Shown in pieces: positions 43,632 to 52,067 of a stretch of DNA of 64,000 bases. The position numbers were made by a program, and so were the translations under genes. The DNA comes from an uncultured Candidatus Saccharibacteria bacterium. Its GTDB lineage: Bacteria > Patescibacteriota > Minisyncoccia > Phycocordibacterales > JACOZG01. Position 1 is the first letter of the stretch. Each line of letters begins with the position of its first letter. The notes under the pieces were generated by a model, which had not been told where the DNA came from, did no database searches, and saw only the letters and a list, made by a program, of their open reading frames with translations. The stretch covers positions 3,367 through 67,366 of the forward strand of contig OZ246403.1 in assembly GCA_965230925.1 (NCBI GenBank). The letters run 5' to 3'.

Positions 43632-44162
43632 TTGACAAAATGGTTGTTTTTTCCGAAAGGAGGGTTTGTGGACCTTGTTTCAGGTGTTCTGGTCTATTTT
43701 CTAACCAAGCTACTGTTTCAGCACTCATTTTCTTTACCAGAACTCGCGATTAGTATCTGTTTTGCGTTTGGGCCTGACCTTGATCTTGTCCCCTTCTTCT
43801 TGTTGCGCCGAAGGATGAAGCTTGTGAGCCATTGGATTATTCACTTTCCGCTCCCGTACATTCTGTTTGGTGGGCTGGTGGTCTGGGGGATAACGCGAGA
43901 GTGGTTCTTTCTTCTAAACTTTGTTTTTGCGAGCTTGGCACATTTTATCCACGATACGGCAAGTGTGCCTGGGATTAGGTGGCTGTGGCCGCTGTCTCGA
44001 CAGGCTTATGCCGTTGGCTGTAGCGGTGTGGTTCTGGTGAGTGAGGATGAGAGGCGCCGTTTCTACGATAAAATGGGTGATGGGGCACAACAACGAAGTT
44101 TTTTGGACGAGATCAAAATACGAGTGGGTCGGTGGCGACCGACATGGATGCGGCGTGGGTGA
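43632..44162 (+). CDS. Membrane-bound metal-dependent hydrolase (YdjM-like)
   Basis: PDLD; SH..H; H..HD; G..WLWP. Confidence 0.65.
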   Translation: MTKWLFFPKGGFVDLVSGVLVYFLTKLLFQHSFSLPELAISICFAFGPDLDLVPFFLLRRRMKLVSHWIIHFPLPYILFGGLVVWGITREWFFLLNFVFASLAHFIHDTASVPGIRWLWPLSRQAYAVGCSGVVLVSEDERRRFYDKMGDGAQQRSFLDEIKIRVGRWRPTWMRRG

Positions 44163-44186
44163 TTTCGGGAAAAAGAAAGGTAATGC

Positions 44187-44222
44187 AACACGCGGAGAGT
44201 GATCCTTTCCGCGTGTTTTTTC
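44187..44222 (+). terminator. Intrinsic terminator
   Basis: AACACGCGGAGAG-tgatc-CTTTCCGCGTGTT followed by a T tract. Confidence 0.8.
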
Positions 44223-44258
44223 TTGCTGTTTTTTTAAAAATTTGTTTTACTTTGTTTT

Positions 44259-44867
44259 GTGGGATTGATTTCTTTTTTAAAAAAACTTCCGGTTGATGTT
44301 GGACAGGCTGAAAGAAAACACGATTCTGCAGGCAAGCTAATCGCCTTTTCTTTTATTAATAGCGCGAAAAAAGGGGGGCGGGCGCTTGATATTGGTTGTC
44401 GAGATGGTTACTGGGCAGAAAAACTTAAGACAAAAGGCTACGACGTTTCCGCCATTGACCTTGAACCTCAGTATGAGTCGGCACTTACTCATGATGTAGA
44501 AAAGGGGCTACCCTTTGGTGAAAGGAGTTTTGATGTTGTGTGGTGTACCGAGGTAATAGAGCATTTATACCAGCCTGGGAGTCTCTTAGAAGAAATTCGG
44601 AGAGTGTTGCGGCCCGGTGGGATTGCTGTTTTAACTACCCCTAATTCAGGCTGGTGGTTTTATAAAATAGTTAAGCTTTGGGGTTGGACGCCAAAGAAAC
44701 TACAAAATCCCGATCACAAGCAGTTTTTTACTGAGAAGTATCTAAAGAAAATGGCCCCAGAATATTCTTGTTTTGGCTATTTTCCGTACATTTTATTTTT
44801 TCGGAAGATTAAAAGACTTGTTGGTTTTCTTTCGCCCACATTTGTTTTAATTTATGTTCACTTATAG
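44259..44867 (+). CDS. Class I SAM-dependent methyltransferase
   Basis: ALDIGC; LPF..SFDVV.C.EVIEHL; RVLRPGG..LTTPN. Confidence 0.88.
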   Translation: MGLISFLKKLPVDVGQAERKHDSAGKLIAFSFINSAKKGGRALDIGCRDGYWAEKLKTKGYDVSAIDLEPQYESALTHDVEKGLPFGERSFDVVWCTEVIEHLYQPGSLLEEIRRVLRPGGIAVLTTPNSGWWFYKIVKLWGWTPKKLQNPDHKQFFTEKYLKKMAPEYSCFGYFPYILFFRKIKRLVGFLSPTFVLIYVHL

Positions 44868-44900
44868 ACTAAACTCGGGTTACTTGTTAATGTCTCAAAC

Positions 44901-47093
44901 ATGAAAAACGTTTTACGCTCTTTAACCCTAGGGATAATTTTTGTCGTACCGTTTGTACCCCTGATGGTTACCGAGTCTTTATTTTTTCCTTTTATTACCG
45001 GTAAGAACTTTGGGTTTCGGATTATTGTAGAAATCCTTGTTGTTTTGTGGCTTATTCTTGCCTTGCGAGATCAGGCTTATCGGCCACGACGTTCAGGAAT
45101 TCTTTGGGCGGCTATTGCTACGGTGGGCTTTTTAATCCTTGCCACTATTTTTGGTCTTAATCCTTACCGCAGTTTCTGGTCTAACTTTGAGCGCATGGAG
45201 GGCCTTATTACCCACCTCCATCTTTTTGCCTACTTCTTGATTTTGATTTCAGTACTTAAAACAGAAAAGCTGTGGTCCTGGTTTGCCCATTCTTCTTTGG
45301 TGGCAAATCTAATGGTGGGTGTTTATGCTTCATATCAACTTGCTGACAAATTGCTTATTAATCAAGGTGGTGCGCGCGTGGATGCTACTTTTGGTAATGC
45401 CACTTACCTTGCGGTTTATGAGATTTTCCACATTTTTTTACTTGTTTTCTTAATTTTGCGACCGAGATTAAAATCTACCATAACCGGCGTATGGTGGCTT
45501 CGGGTTGGATATTTAGCCCTGCTTGTTCTAGACCTTATTTTACTTTACAAGACCGCCACCCGCGGAGCCGTGCTCGGTCTTATTGGAGGGGTATTTCTTT
45601 CCGGTCTTCTCATTGGGGTTTTCGAGCGTGATAATCGTTGGATTAAGAAAATGGGTTTGGGGTTTGTGGCCGCAGTAATTGTTCTCGTCGGAGTCTTTTT
45701 GGCCTGGCGTGATACTGACTTTGTTCGCGAAAGTCCGGTATTGAGACGTTTCGCCACTATTTCATTGAATGATTCTAACGCCCGTCTTCTCATTTGGAAT
45801 ATGAGTTGGGAGGGCTTCAAAGAGCGGCCAATTCTTGGGTGGGGACCAGAGAATTATCCTCTTGTTTTCAATAAATATTATGATCCGCGAATGTACAACC
45901 AAGAACAATGGTTTGACCGTTCACACAACGTAATTTTTGATTGGTTAATTACCGCTGGCATCCTCGGTCTTCTGGCCTATCTTTCACTTTATCTTACTGC
46001 GCTTTATTGCTTGTGGCGACGGGCAAGTCCTTTTAGTGTTACCGAAAGATCGTTGTTCACCGGTCTCCTTGCTGCCTATTTCTTCCATAATATTTTTGTT
46101 TTCGATAACCTGATTAGTTATTTACTTTTCTTTGCTCTTTTGGCCTATTTCCATGTTCGAAGCGTCGAGAATGTGGGTAGTTCTGTGTGGATCAAGAAAA
46201 ATTTTTCATATCCCACACAAACCATTGCGTCGGTTGCGGTGGGGATTGTTGTTCTTTTCTGTCTCTATTCTTTTAATCTTAAGCCCATTCTTGCCGGACA
46301 AACCCTCATTCAAACACTAAGCACTCAAGACGCTAATCAGAAAATTACTTTACTCGAGAAGGTGTTTACCTACAACACCTTTGTTTCTACTGAAGCAAGT
46401 GAGCAAGCGGTTTCTGTGGCTTCCCAGGCCGCAGGGTTCAAAGACCTGCCGGGGGAAATAAAACAAAAATTTGCCACTCTTGCTTTGCAAGAAATTGATA
46501 ACTCTATCAATCGTGATCCAGAAAATGCTCGGTACCATTTGTTCCGGGGTTCGCTTTTAACCCGCTTTGGTCAGTTTGAAGATGCAGAAAAGAGTCTCCT
46601 GAAGGCAAAGGAACTTTCACCCAAGAAACAAACATTGATTTTTGAACTTGGTAATTTGTACTTAGCAAAAGGGGATAACCCCAAGGCTATTGCTATTTTC
46701 AAAGAAGCCTTTGAGCTAGAACCTCGCTTTGAAGAGGCGAGACGTGCATACGCTATTGCTGCAATTCTAACGGGCGACAATAAGCTTGCTGACGAAATTA
46801 TTTCCGGAAGTACAAACCCAAATTTTACCGTTGACGATCGCTTTATTAACGCTTATGCCGCGACTAAGCAGTTTTCTAAACTTTTAACTTTGTGGCAAAA
46901 GAAGGTGGAAAATGAGCCAGAAAACGCGCTGTCTCGAACCTCGCTAGCCATGGCTTATTGGGCCAACAATCAGCGCACTAACGCTATCACTGAGTTCCGT
47001 AAGGCCGCTGAGCTGGATCCGAAGTTGCAAATAGAAGTTGATAAAACGATTAAGGTGATTCAGGACGGTGTTCGCTTCGACCAAGTTAAATAA
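44901..47093 (+). CDS. O-antigen ligase/Wzy_C family (O-oligosaccharyltransferase-like) protein with C-terminal TPRs
   Basis: About 12 TM helices; TFGNA.YLA; TATRGA; R..IW..RPILGWG.EN; HN.IFD.L..GILG; TPR-like helical repeats. Confidence 0.85.
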   Translation: MKNVLRSLTLGIIFVVPFVPLMVTESLFFPFITGKNFGFRIIVEILVVLWLILALRDQAYRPRRSGILWAAIATVGFLILATIFGLNPYRSFWSNFERMEGLITHLHLFAYFLILISVLKTEKLWSWFAHSSLVANLMVGVYASYQLADKLLINQGGARVDATFGNATYLAVYEIFHIFLLVFLILRPRLKSTITGVWWLRVGYLALLVLDLILLYKTATRGAVLGLIGGVFLSGLLIGVFERDNRWIKKMGLGFVAAVIVLVGVFLAWRDTDFVRESPVLRRFATISLNDSNARLLIWNMSWEGFKERPILGWGPENYPLVFNKYYDPRMYNQEQWFDRSHNVIFDWLITAGILGLLAYLSLYLTALYCLWRRASPFSVTERSLFTGLLAAYFFHNIFVFDNLISYLLFFALLAYFHVRSVENVGSSVWIKKNFSYPTQTIASVAVGIVVLFCLYSFNLKPILAGQTLIQTLSTQDANQKITLLEKVFTYNTFVSTEASEQAVSVASQAAGFKDLPGEIKQKFATLALQEIDNSINRDPENARYHLFRGSLLTRFGQFEDAEKSLLKAKELSPKKQTLIFELGNLYLAKGDNPKAIAIFKEAFELEPRFEEARRAYAIAAILTGDNKLADEIISGSTNPNFTVDDRFINAYAATKQFSKLLTLWQKKVENEPENALSRTSLAMAYWANNQRTNAITEFRKAAELDPKLQIEVDKTIKVIQDGVRFDQVK

Positions 47094-47123
47094 ACTTATC
47101 CACCGCCTGCCGGTGAGGTAGGC

Positions 47124-47152
47124 TTGACTTCTGTTGGTCATTCTGCTAAGAT
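47124..47152 (+). promoter_or_regulatory. Sigma70 promoter, with a near-DnaA box upstream (TTATCCACC, 47096-47104)
   Basis: TTGACT-17 nt-TAAGAT with extended TG. Confidence 0.7.
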
Positions 47153-47157
47153 GCTCG

Positions 47158-47245
47158 GCGTGAGTGCTGTAGGCCTTTGGCTTAGGTACTAACAAATAAA
47201 TGTCTTACGTAAGTCCCGCCCTTGTGGCGGGATTTGCGTTTTTTT
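47158..47245 (+). ncRNA. Candidate ~85-nt small RNA (or leaderless 10-codon peptide)
   Basis: Bounded by the promoter above and a terminator; internal hairpin AGTGCT.TAGGC/GCTTA.GGTACT; the longest ORF is GTG..TAA at 47160-47192. Confidence 0.45.
47207..47245 (+). terminator. Intrinsic terminator overlapping the -35 of the next promoter
   Basis: ACGTAAGTCCCGCC-cttgt-GGCGGGATTTGCGT followed by T6. The next promoter is TTGCGT (47234)-18 nt-TATAAT (47258). Confidence 0.8.
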
Positions 47246-47270
47246 GACTAAAGTGGCTATAATGAGCACG

Positions 47271-47357
47271 GTTGTGCCTTTCCGTGGCTAGCGGCCGCAC
47301 TCATATAAAGACATTTAGTATGGAGTTAGCACTCCGCTAGCCGCGACTTGGCATAAC
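47271..47357 (+). ncRNA. 87-nt long imperfect hairpin RNA (5' leader or stand-alone ncRNA)
   Basis: GTTGTGCC/GGCATAAC, CGTGGCTAGCGG/CCGCTAGCCGCG, ACTC/GAGT, ATA/TAT and TAAA/TTTA around a GACA loop. It starts 7 nt after TATAAT and is followed by TTTTATTTT. Confidence 0.6.
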
Positions 47358-47367
47358 TTTTATTTTC

Positions 47368-47523
47368 ATGCGTTACACTTGGACTTCCGTTGCTATCCTC
47401 TTTATTTGGATCTGTGCCTCGATTCTTATGGTTTCAAGCCGTTTGCCGAGCCCGGAGGGTTTTTTTGCGCTTCTTATGATGCTTACAGTCGCTCTGGCCT
47501 ATATCGGCTTCCGGTCAAAATAA
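47368..47523 (+). CDS. 51-aa two-TM micro-protein, paralogue A (not in the ORF track)
   Basis: MRYTWTSVAILFIWICASILMVSSRLPSPEGFFALLMMLTVALAYIGFRSK*; its stop abuts the kinase GTG; clear paralogue at 49105. Confidence 0.8.
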   Translation: MRYTWTSVAILFIWICASILMVSSRLPSPEGFFALLMMLTVALAYIGFRSK

Positions 47524-49095
47524 GTGAAGACTTTTCTTCAAGTAAAACGATTTTTCACCCGGCTAGCGCAGATTACTCGGCTTATTTTTCACCTCAGCTT
47601 TCGATCGAGAGATCCGCGACCGGTTCGTTTGCGACTCTTTTTCGAACAAACGGGTGGCGCTTTCCTTAAACTCGGCCAGATTCTTTCTCTTCGTTACGAC
47701 CTTTTACCTGAAGCCTATACCGATCAGCTTCTCCACCTTCTCTCGCGGGTTAAAACTTTGCCGATCGAAAAAATGAAACCGGTTTTCCGAGCAGAGACGG
47801 GACATGAACCAGAAGAATTATTTGCCGAATTTGAAGAAACGCCAATTGCTTCAGCTTCCATTTCTCAAGTCTATCGAGCAAGGTTGAAAAGTGGTGAAGT
47901 TGTGGCAGTGAAGATTCAGCGGCCAGGAATTGAAGAAGTGTTTGAAACCGACATTGTTCTCGCTTCGTTTTTGGCCCGAGTAATGAGTGTTTTTAGCTTT
48001 TTTCGCGCTTGGCAATTGAGAGAGCTTATTCAGGATTTTGCAGAGTGGACGCGGCGGGAACTCGACTTTCGCTTTGAGACTAAGAATGGCGCAGCCCTTC
48101 GCGAGTACAGTACAGCGAGTGTTCGCACCGTAATTCCTCGAGTTTACGAAGAATGGACGACAAAGCGCTTGATGGTGAGTGAGTTTTTGGAAGATATTTT
48201 CTCCGTTGATACCGTGATGCGCGCCGTGCAAGAAAATCCCGCTTACCGCGACAAGCTGCTTGCCGAACACCAAATTGATCTCAAAGAGATGTCCTATTAT
48301 TTTATTGCTGACATGATGCGGCAGTATCTCGTTGACGGTTTCTTCCACGCTGATCCTCATCCGGCCAACATTTTCTTTTTACCAAACAATAAACTTGGTT
48401 ACTTTGATTTTGGAATTATGGGTGAAGCGGGGGAAGAGAGAGTTTATCTTTTACGAATCGTTTATGGCATTCTCAAGCGTGACTTAACTTATGCCAGCCA
48501 AAACTTTTTGGGTTTCAGTAAGAGTCTTTTCCGTCGTGAGGCTGAGCTTTTCAAAGATCGAGACAAAGAAGCGTATGAGAAATATCAAAAAGTGATTGAG
48601 AAAGTTGAGGAGATTATGGTTGATAACCTGCGACTTGATCTCGAAGAGCTCTTAGCGCCTTGGTACGACGCCGCAAACAAAGGCAATGAAAATCGTACCA
48701 ACGAGGAAACGATGGCCTATGTGTTTACCCGCATGATGATGCGCACGCGCAAGTACGGCATTAGTTTGCCAAATGCGGCGGCGATCTTCTTCCGCACTTT
48801 GGTGATTACTGGTATGGTTGCGTTGCGCCTGGAGCCGTCTTTTGATATTCTCCAAGGATTACAGCGATTCTTTGACGATTATCCACTCTACGAAGCGGAA
48901 GAAAAGATTAAAGAAAGAGTTGCCGCTCCGGTGCCAAAAGAGGAAATTGATCCACTTTCTCATCTTTCTTTCGAGCAGTTCTTGGAATTAAAAGAAGAGG
49001 AAGAAGATCGTTTACTGATGGCCAAAGAACGGCTTGGTGACCTCATTATGAGTTACGCCGAGAAGTATGAAGAAATTCGCAAACTATTACACTAA
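47524..49095 (+). CDS. ABC1/AarF/UbiB-family atypical kinase lacking C-terminal TM helices
   Basis: FLKLGQILS.R.DLLP (KxGQ); PIASASISQVYRA; VAVKIQRPG; ELDF..E; FHADPHPAN; DFG.MG; charged C-terminus. Confidence 0.9.
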   Translation: MKTFLQVKRFFTRLAQITRLIFHLSFRSRDPRPVRLRLFFEQTGGAFLKLGQILSLRYDLLPEAYTDQLLHLLSRVKTLPIEKMKPVFRAETGHEPEELFAEFEETPIASASISQVYRARLKSGEVVAVKIQRPGIEEVFETDIVLASFLARVMSVFSFFRAWQLRELIQDFAEWTRRELDFRFETKNGAALREYSTASVRTVIPRVYEEWTTKRLMVSEFLEDIFSVDTVMRAVQENPAYRDKLLAEHQIDLKEMSYYFIADMMRQYLVDGFFHADPHPANIFFLPNNKLGYFDFGIMGEAGEERVYLLRIVYGILKRDLTYASQNFLGFSKSLFRREAELFKDRDKEAYEKYQKVIEKVEEIMVDNLRLDLEELLAPWYDAANKGNENRTNEETMAYVFTRMMMRTRKYGISLPNAAAIFFRTLVITGMVALRLEPSFDILQGLQRFFDDYPLYEAEEKIKERVAAPVPKEEIDPLSHLSFEQFLELKEEEEDRLLMAKERLGDLIMSYAEKYEEIRKLLH

Positions 49096-49104
49096 ATAAT
49101 TATT

Positions 49105-49272
49105 ATGAAATATCCTTGGACCGCACTTTCGCTCATCATCATCTGGATCGCTACCACCTACATTGTGGTGAAGCAATCGAATTTGGAAGTGAATCGAATT
49201 TTATTGATCACGCTCATCGGCACGATCATCATTGCCTTCATCGGATTCCGCACTCCAACGATGGGGAAGTAA
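49105..49272 (+). CDS. 55-aa two-TM micro-protein, paralogue B (not in the ORF track)
   Basis: MKYPWTALSLIIIWIATTYIVVKQSNLEVNRILLITLIGTIIIAFIGFRTPTMGK*; shares M(R/K)YxWT, IWI and A(Y/F)IGFR with the 47368 protein. Confidence 0.8.
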   Translation: MKYPWTALSLIIIWIATTYIVVKQSNLEVNRILLITLIGTIIIAFIGFRTPTMGK

Positions 49273-49297
49273 TTTTTTGCACAAACAAAAATAAAAG

Positions 49298-49352
49298 TTA
49301 TCCACATTTTGAGAGAAAAGTTCTTGTGAGGAAAATTTATTTGCGCGATAAT
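49298..49352 (+). promoter_or_regulatory. Perfect DnaA-type box (TTATCCACA, 49298-49306) and promoter TTGTGA-17 nt-GATAAT
   Basis: Direct motif match, followed by a 5' hairpin at 49360-49402. Confidence 0.55.
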
Positions 49353-49439
49353 TATAAGCGACGATGATAGCAACCAAATATTTTCGGTCGATTGTTATCG
49401 TCACGACTTTTTGGAAATAATTTTTCTGTAAATAAAAAA

Positions 49440-49511
49440 ATGGCAAAAAAGAAAAAGAAAGCCGCAAAGAAGACTTCTAAGAAGAAGACTTCAAAGCGAA
49501 AGAAGCGATAG
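49440..49511 (+). CDS. 23-aa Lys/Arg-rich micro-protein (histone H1/protamine-like composition)
   Basis: MAKKKKKAAKKTSKKKTSKRKKR*; it is the only plausible + strand ORF between a promoter and a strong terminator. Confidence 0.65.
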   Translation: MAKKKKKAAKKTSKKKTSKRKKR

Positions 49512-49530
49512 TTCGCCGCGGTGAATTAGA

Positions 49531-49564
49531 AAAAACAGCTCGTCAGAAATGACGGGTTGTTTTT
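49531..49564. terminator. Bidirectional intrinsic terminator
   Basis: AAAAACAGCTCGTCA-gaaa-TGACGGGTTGTTTTT. Confidence 0.85.
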
Positions 49565-49592
49565 GTCTTAAAATCTGTCACAATACAAGCCC

Positions 49593-52067
49593 ATGTCTTT
49601 TTTATCCAAACTCCTTGGTGGTGAGAGTGATCCGGCGCGCGATTACGCGCCATTGGTGGCTCAAATTAACGCTCTAGAGCCCGAACTTCAGAAATTGAGC
49701 AATGATGAACTAAAGGCGAAAACGGCTGATTTTAAGGCGCGCTTAGCATCCGGTGCTACGCTCGATGACCTTTTGCCGGAGGCCTTTGCCGCGGTGCGCG
49801 AAGCGGCTCGACGCACGCTTGGTCAGCGTCACTACGATGTGCAACTCATCGGTGGCGCGATTTTACATAAGGGAACGATTGCTGAAATGAAAACCGGTGA
49901 AGGTAAAACACTCGTGGCGACCTTGCCCGTGTATCTCAATGCGCTCACCGGCCAGGGCGTGCACGTGATTACTGTTAACGATTATCTCTCGAGTCGCGAC
50001 GGCGCGTGGATGGGTCAAGTCTACGATGCGCTTGGTCTCACGCTTGGTATCATCAATCACGAAACGTCGTACCTCTATGATCCGAGTCATAAAGAGCTGG
50101 ATGCTGAGCGCGATACTACCGGTAGTTTCAAAGTAGTTCATGAATTTTTGCGTCCTGTCTCGCGTCGCGAGGCGTATGCCGCCGATATTACCTATGGTAC
50201 CAATAATGAATTTGGTTTCGACTATCTGCGCGACAATTTGGCGCAGACTAAGGATCGCGTGGTGCAAAGATTCGAACATAATTTTGCTATCGTTGACGAA
50301 GTTGACTCGATTCTTATTGATGAAGCGCGCACGCCGCTGATTATCTCCGCGCCGGTGGCCGAGAGCGAGAGTTTGTACGTTACTTTTACGCAAATTGCAG
50401 CTCAACTTGAGCCGGAAGTGGATTACGAAGTGGATGAGAAAACGCGTCAGGTGGCGGTGAAGGAATCGGGGATTGAGAAGGCGGAGAAATTGATGGGGAT
50501 TGAGAACTTTTATACCGAAGGTGGGGTGAAGTATGCCTTCCATCTCGAGACTGCTCTGCGGGCCAAGGCGCATTATCTCCGCGATCGCGAATATGTGGTC
50601 AAGGGTGGCGAGGTGATCATTGTTGATGAGTTTACGGGGCGCTTGCAGCCCGGCCGACGCTGGAGTGAAGGCTTGCATCAAGCGGTGGAGGCTAAGGAAG
50701 CCGTGCGCGTGCGCGAGGAAAGTAAGACCTTCGCCAGCATTACCTATCAAAATTATTTTAAATTATACAAAAAGTTAAGCGGCATGACGGGTACGGCGCT
50801 GACCTCGAAGGAAGAATTCCAGAAAGTGTATGGTCTCGATACCATTGCGGTACCTACACATCGCGCCAGTGCTCGGGCAGATAAAAATGATCTGATTTTC
50901 CAGACCGAAAACGGCAAGATGAAGGCCGTGGCTCGCGAGATTAAGAAAATTCACGACACTGGTCAACCAGTGCTCGTGGGTACCGTTTCGATTGAGAAAA
51001 ATGAGCTTGTTTCTGCTCACCTTAAGTCGGCCGGCGTGCCTCACGAGGTCTTGAACGCCAAGAATCATGAGCAAGAAGGCGCGATTATTGCCGGCGCCGG
51101 GAAGAAGGGTAGTGTGGTGGTGGCGACGAACATGGCGGGTCGCGGTGTGGATATTAAGCTCGGTGGACCGCTCTCCACGCCAGAGGAAGCGGAAGAAATT
51201 AAGAAGCTCGGCGGGCTCTTCGTCCTCGGTACCGAGCGTCACGATGCGCGGCGGATTGATAATCAGTTGCGTGGTCGTGCTGGTCGGCAGGGTGATCCGG
51301 GTGCTACCCAATTTTTCATCTCGCTTGAAGATAGTTTGGCGCGGATTTTCGCTTCCGATCGCATTAAGGGGATGATGGGACGTTTTGGCATTCCGGAAGA
51401 TGAGGCGATTGAGAACCGGCTGGTGACGCGCGCCATCGAGAGCGCGCAAGCGAAGATCGAAGGTCTTAATCTAGATTCCCGTCGCTACTTACTTGAGTAC
51501 GACAGTGTCTTGAATCAACATCGCACCACGATTTATGCCCGCCGCCGGCAAATTCTTTTCGGCGACGACGCCGCGATTGAGCAACTTATTACCGATGCGG
51601 TGGCAAACGCGAAGCTTACGCCAGAAGACCAAGCTGATTTTGATACGAAGCTTGCTAGTAAACGTGAGAAATTTGGTCCGGAATTTCTTAATCTTGTGCG
51701 TCGCTTGGCTCTTCAAGCCGTCGATCACCTCTGGGTAGATCACCTTGAGTCAATGGATTATCTCAAGCAGAGTGTGCGCCTGCGCGCTTACGGTCAGCGC
51801 GATCCGTTTATTGAATATAAAAAAGAAGGTCTCGCGATGTTCCGCATGCTCGAGCTGCATTGGGCGCGTGGCCTTCTCGGCGCCATCGCCTCGCTCGGCG
51901 ACCAAGCCGCGCCCGCTCCCGCGCCACGACTTCAGACCACCACCCAAGCGATCAACGTTATTACTTCTAAAAATCAAGCCAAAAACGAACCCACCGTCGG
52001 CCGCAACGACCCCTGTCCTTGTGGTTCCGGTAAGAAGTTTAAAAAGTGTCATGGGGCTAATGCATGA
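49593..52067 (+). CDS. secA: Preprotein translocase ATPase SecA
   Basis: EMKTGEGKT; TVNDYL; [18 protein letters not shown]; ATNMAGRG; [18 protein letters not shown]; SEC-C motif [19 protein letters not shown]. Confidence 0.98.
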   Translation: MSFLSKLLGGESDPARDYAPLVAQINALEPELQKLSNDELKAKTADFKARLASGATLDDLLPEAFAAVREAARRTLGQRHYDVQLIGGAILHKGTIAEMKTGEGKTLVATLPVYLNALTGQGVHVITVNDYLSSRDGAWMGQVYDALGLTLGIINHETSYLYDPSHKELDAERDTTGSFKVVHEFLRPVSRREAYAADITYGTNNEFGFDYLRDNLAQTKDRVVQRFEHNFAIVDEVDSILIDEARTPLIISAPVAESESLYVTFTQIAAQLEPEVDYEVDEKTRQVAVKESGIEKAEKLMGIENFYTEGGVKYAFHLETALRAKAHYLRDREYVVKGGEVIIVDEFTGRLQPGRRWSEGLHQAVEAKEAVRVREESKTFASITYQNYFKLYKKLSGMTGTALTSKEEFQKVYGLDTIAVPTHRASARADKNDLIFQTENGKMKAVAREIKKIHDTGQPVLVGTVSIEKNELVSAHLKSAGVPHEVLNAKNHEQEGAIIAGAGKKGSVVVATNMAGRGVDIKLGGPLSTPEEAEEIKKLGGLFVLGTERHDARRIDNQLRGRAGRQGDPGATQFFISLEDSLARIFASDRIKGMMGRFGIPEDEAIENRLVTRAIESAQAKIEGLNLDSRRYLLEYDSVLNQHRTTIYARRRQILFGDDAAIEQLITDAVANAKLTPEDQADFDTKLASKREKFGPEFLNLVRRLALQAVDHLWVDHLESMDYLKQSVRLRAYGQRDPFIEYKKEGLAMFRMLELHWARGLLGAIASLGDQAAPAPAPRLQTTTQAINVITSKNQAKNEPTVGRNDPCPCGSGKKFKKCHGANA

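Noticed and set aside
47271-47357. SRP 4.5S RNA or 6S RNA identity for the long hairpin
   Set aside because: It lacks the SRP helix-8 consensus and is about half the length of 6S RNA with no large central bubble. I kept it as an unknown RNA.
47379-47669. ORF-track 96-aa ORF here, and the 83-aa ORF at 49116-49367
   Set aside because: Both are out-of-frame overlaps of the better supported paralogous micro-proteins at 47368 and 49105.
49273-49440. Replication origin (AT-rich region with a DnaA box)
   Set aside because: There is only one box, no dnaA/dnaN nearby and no change in gene orientation on either side.
49863-51449. Long antisense ORFs (295 and 224 aa) opposite secA
   Set aside because: These are typical stop-poor shadow frames of a conserved gene, and the translations have no recognisable protein features.
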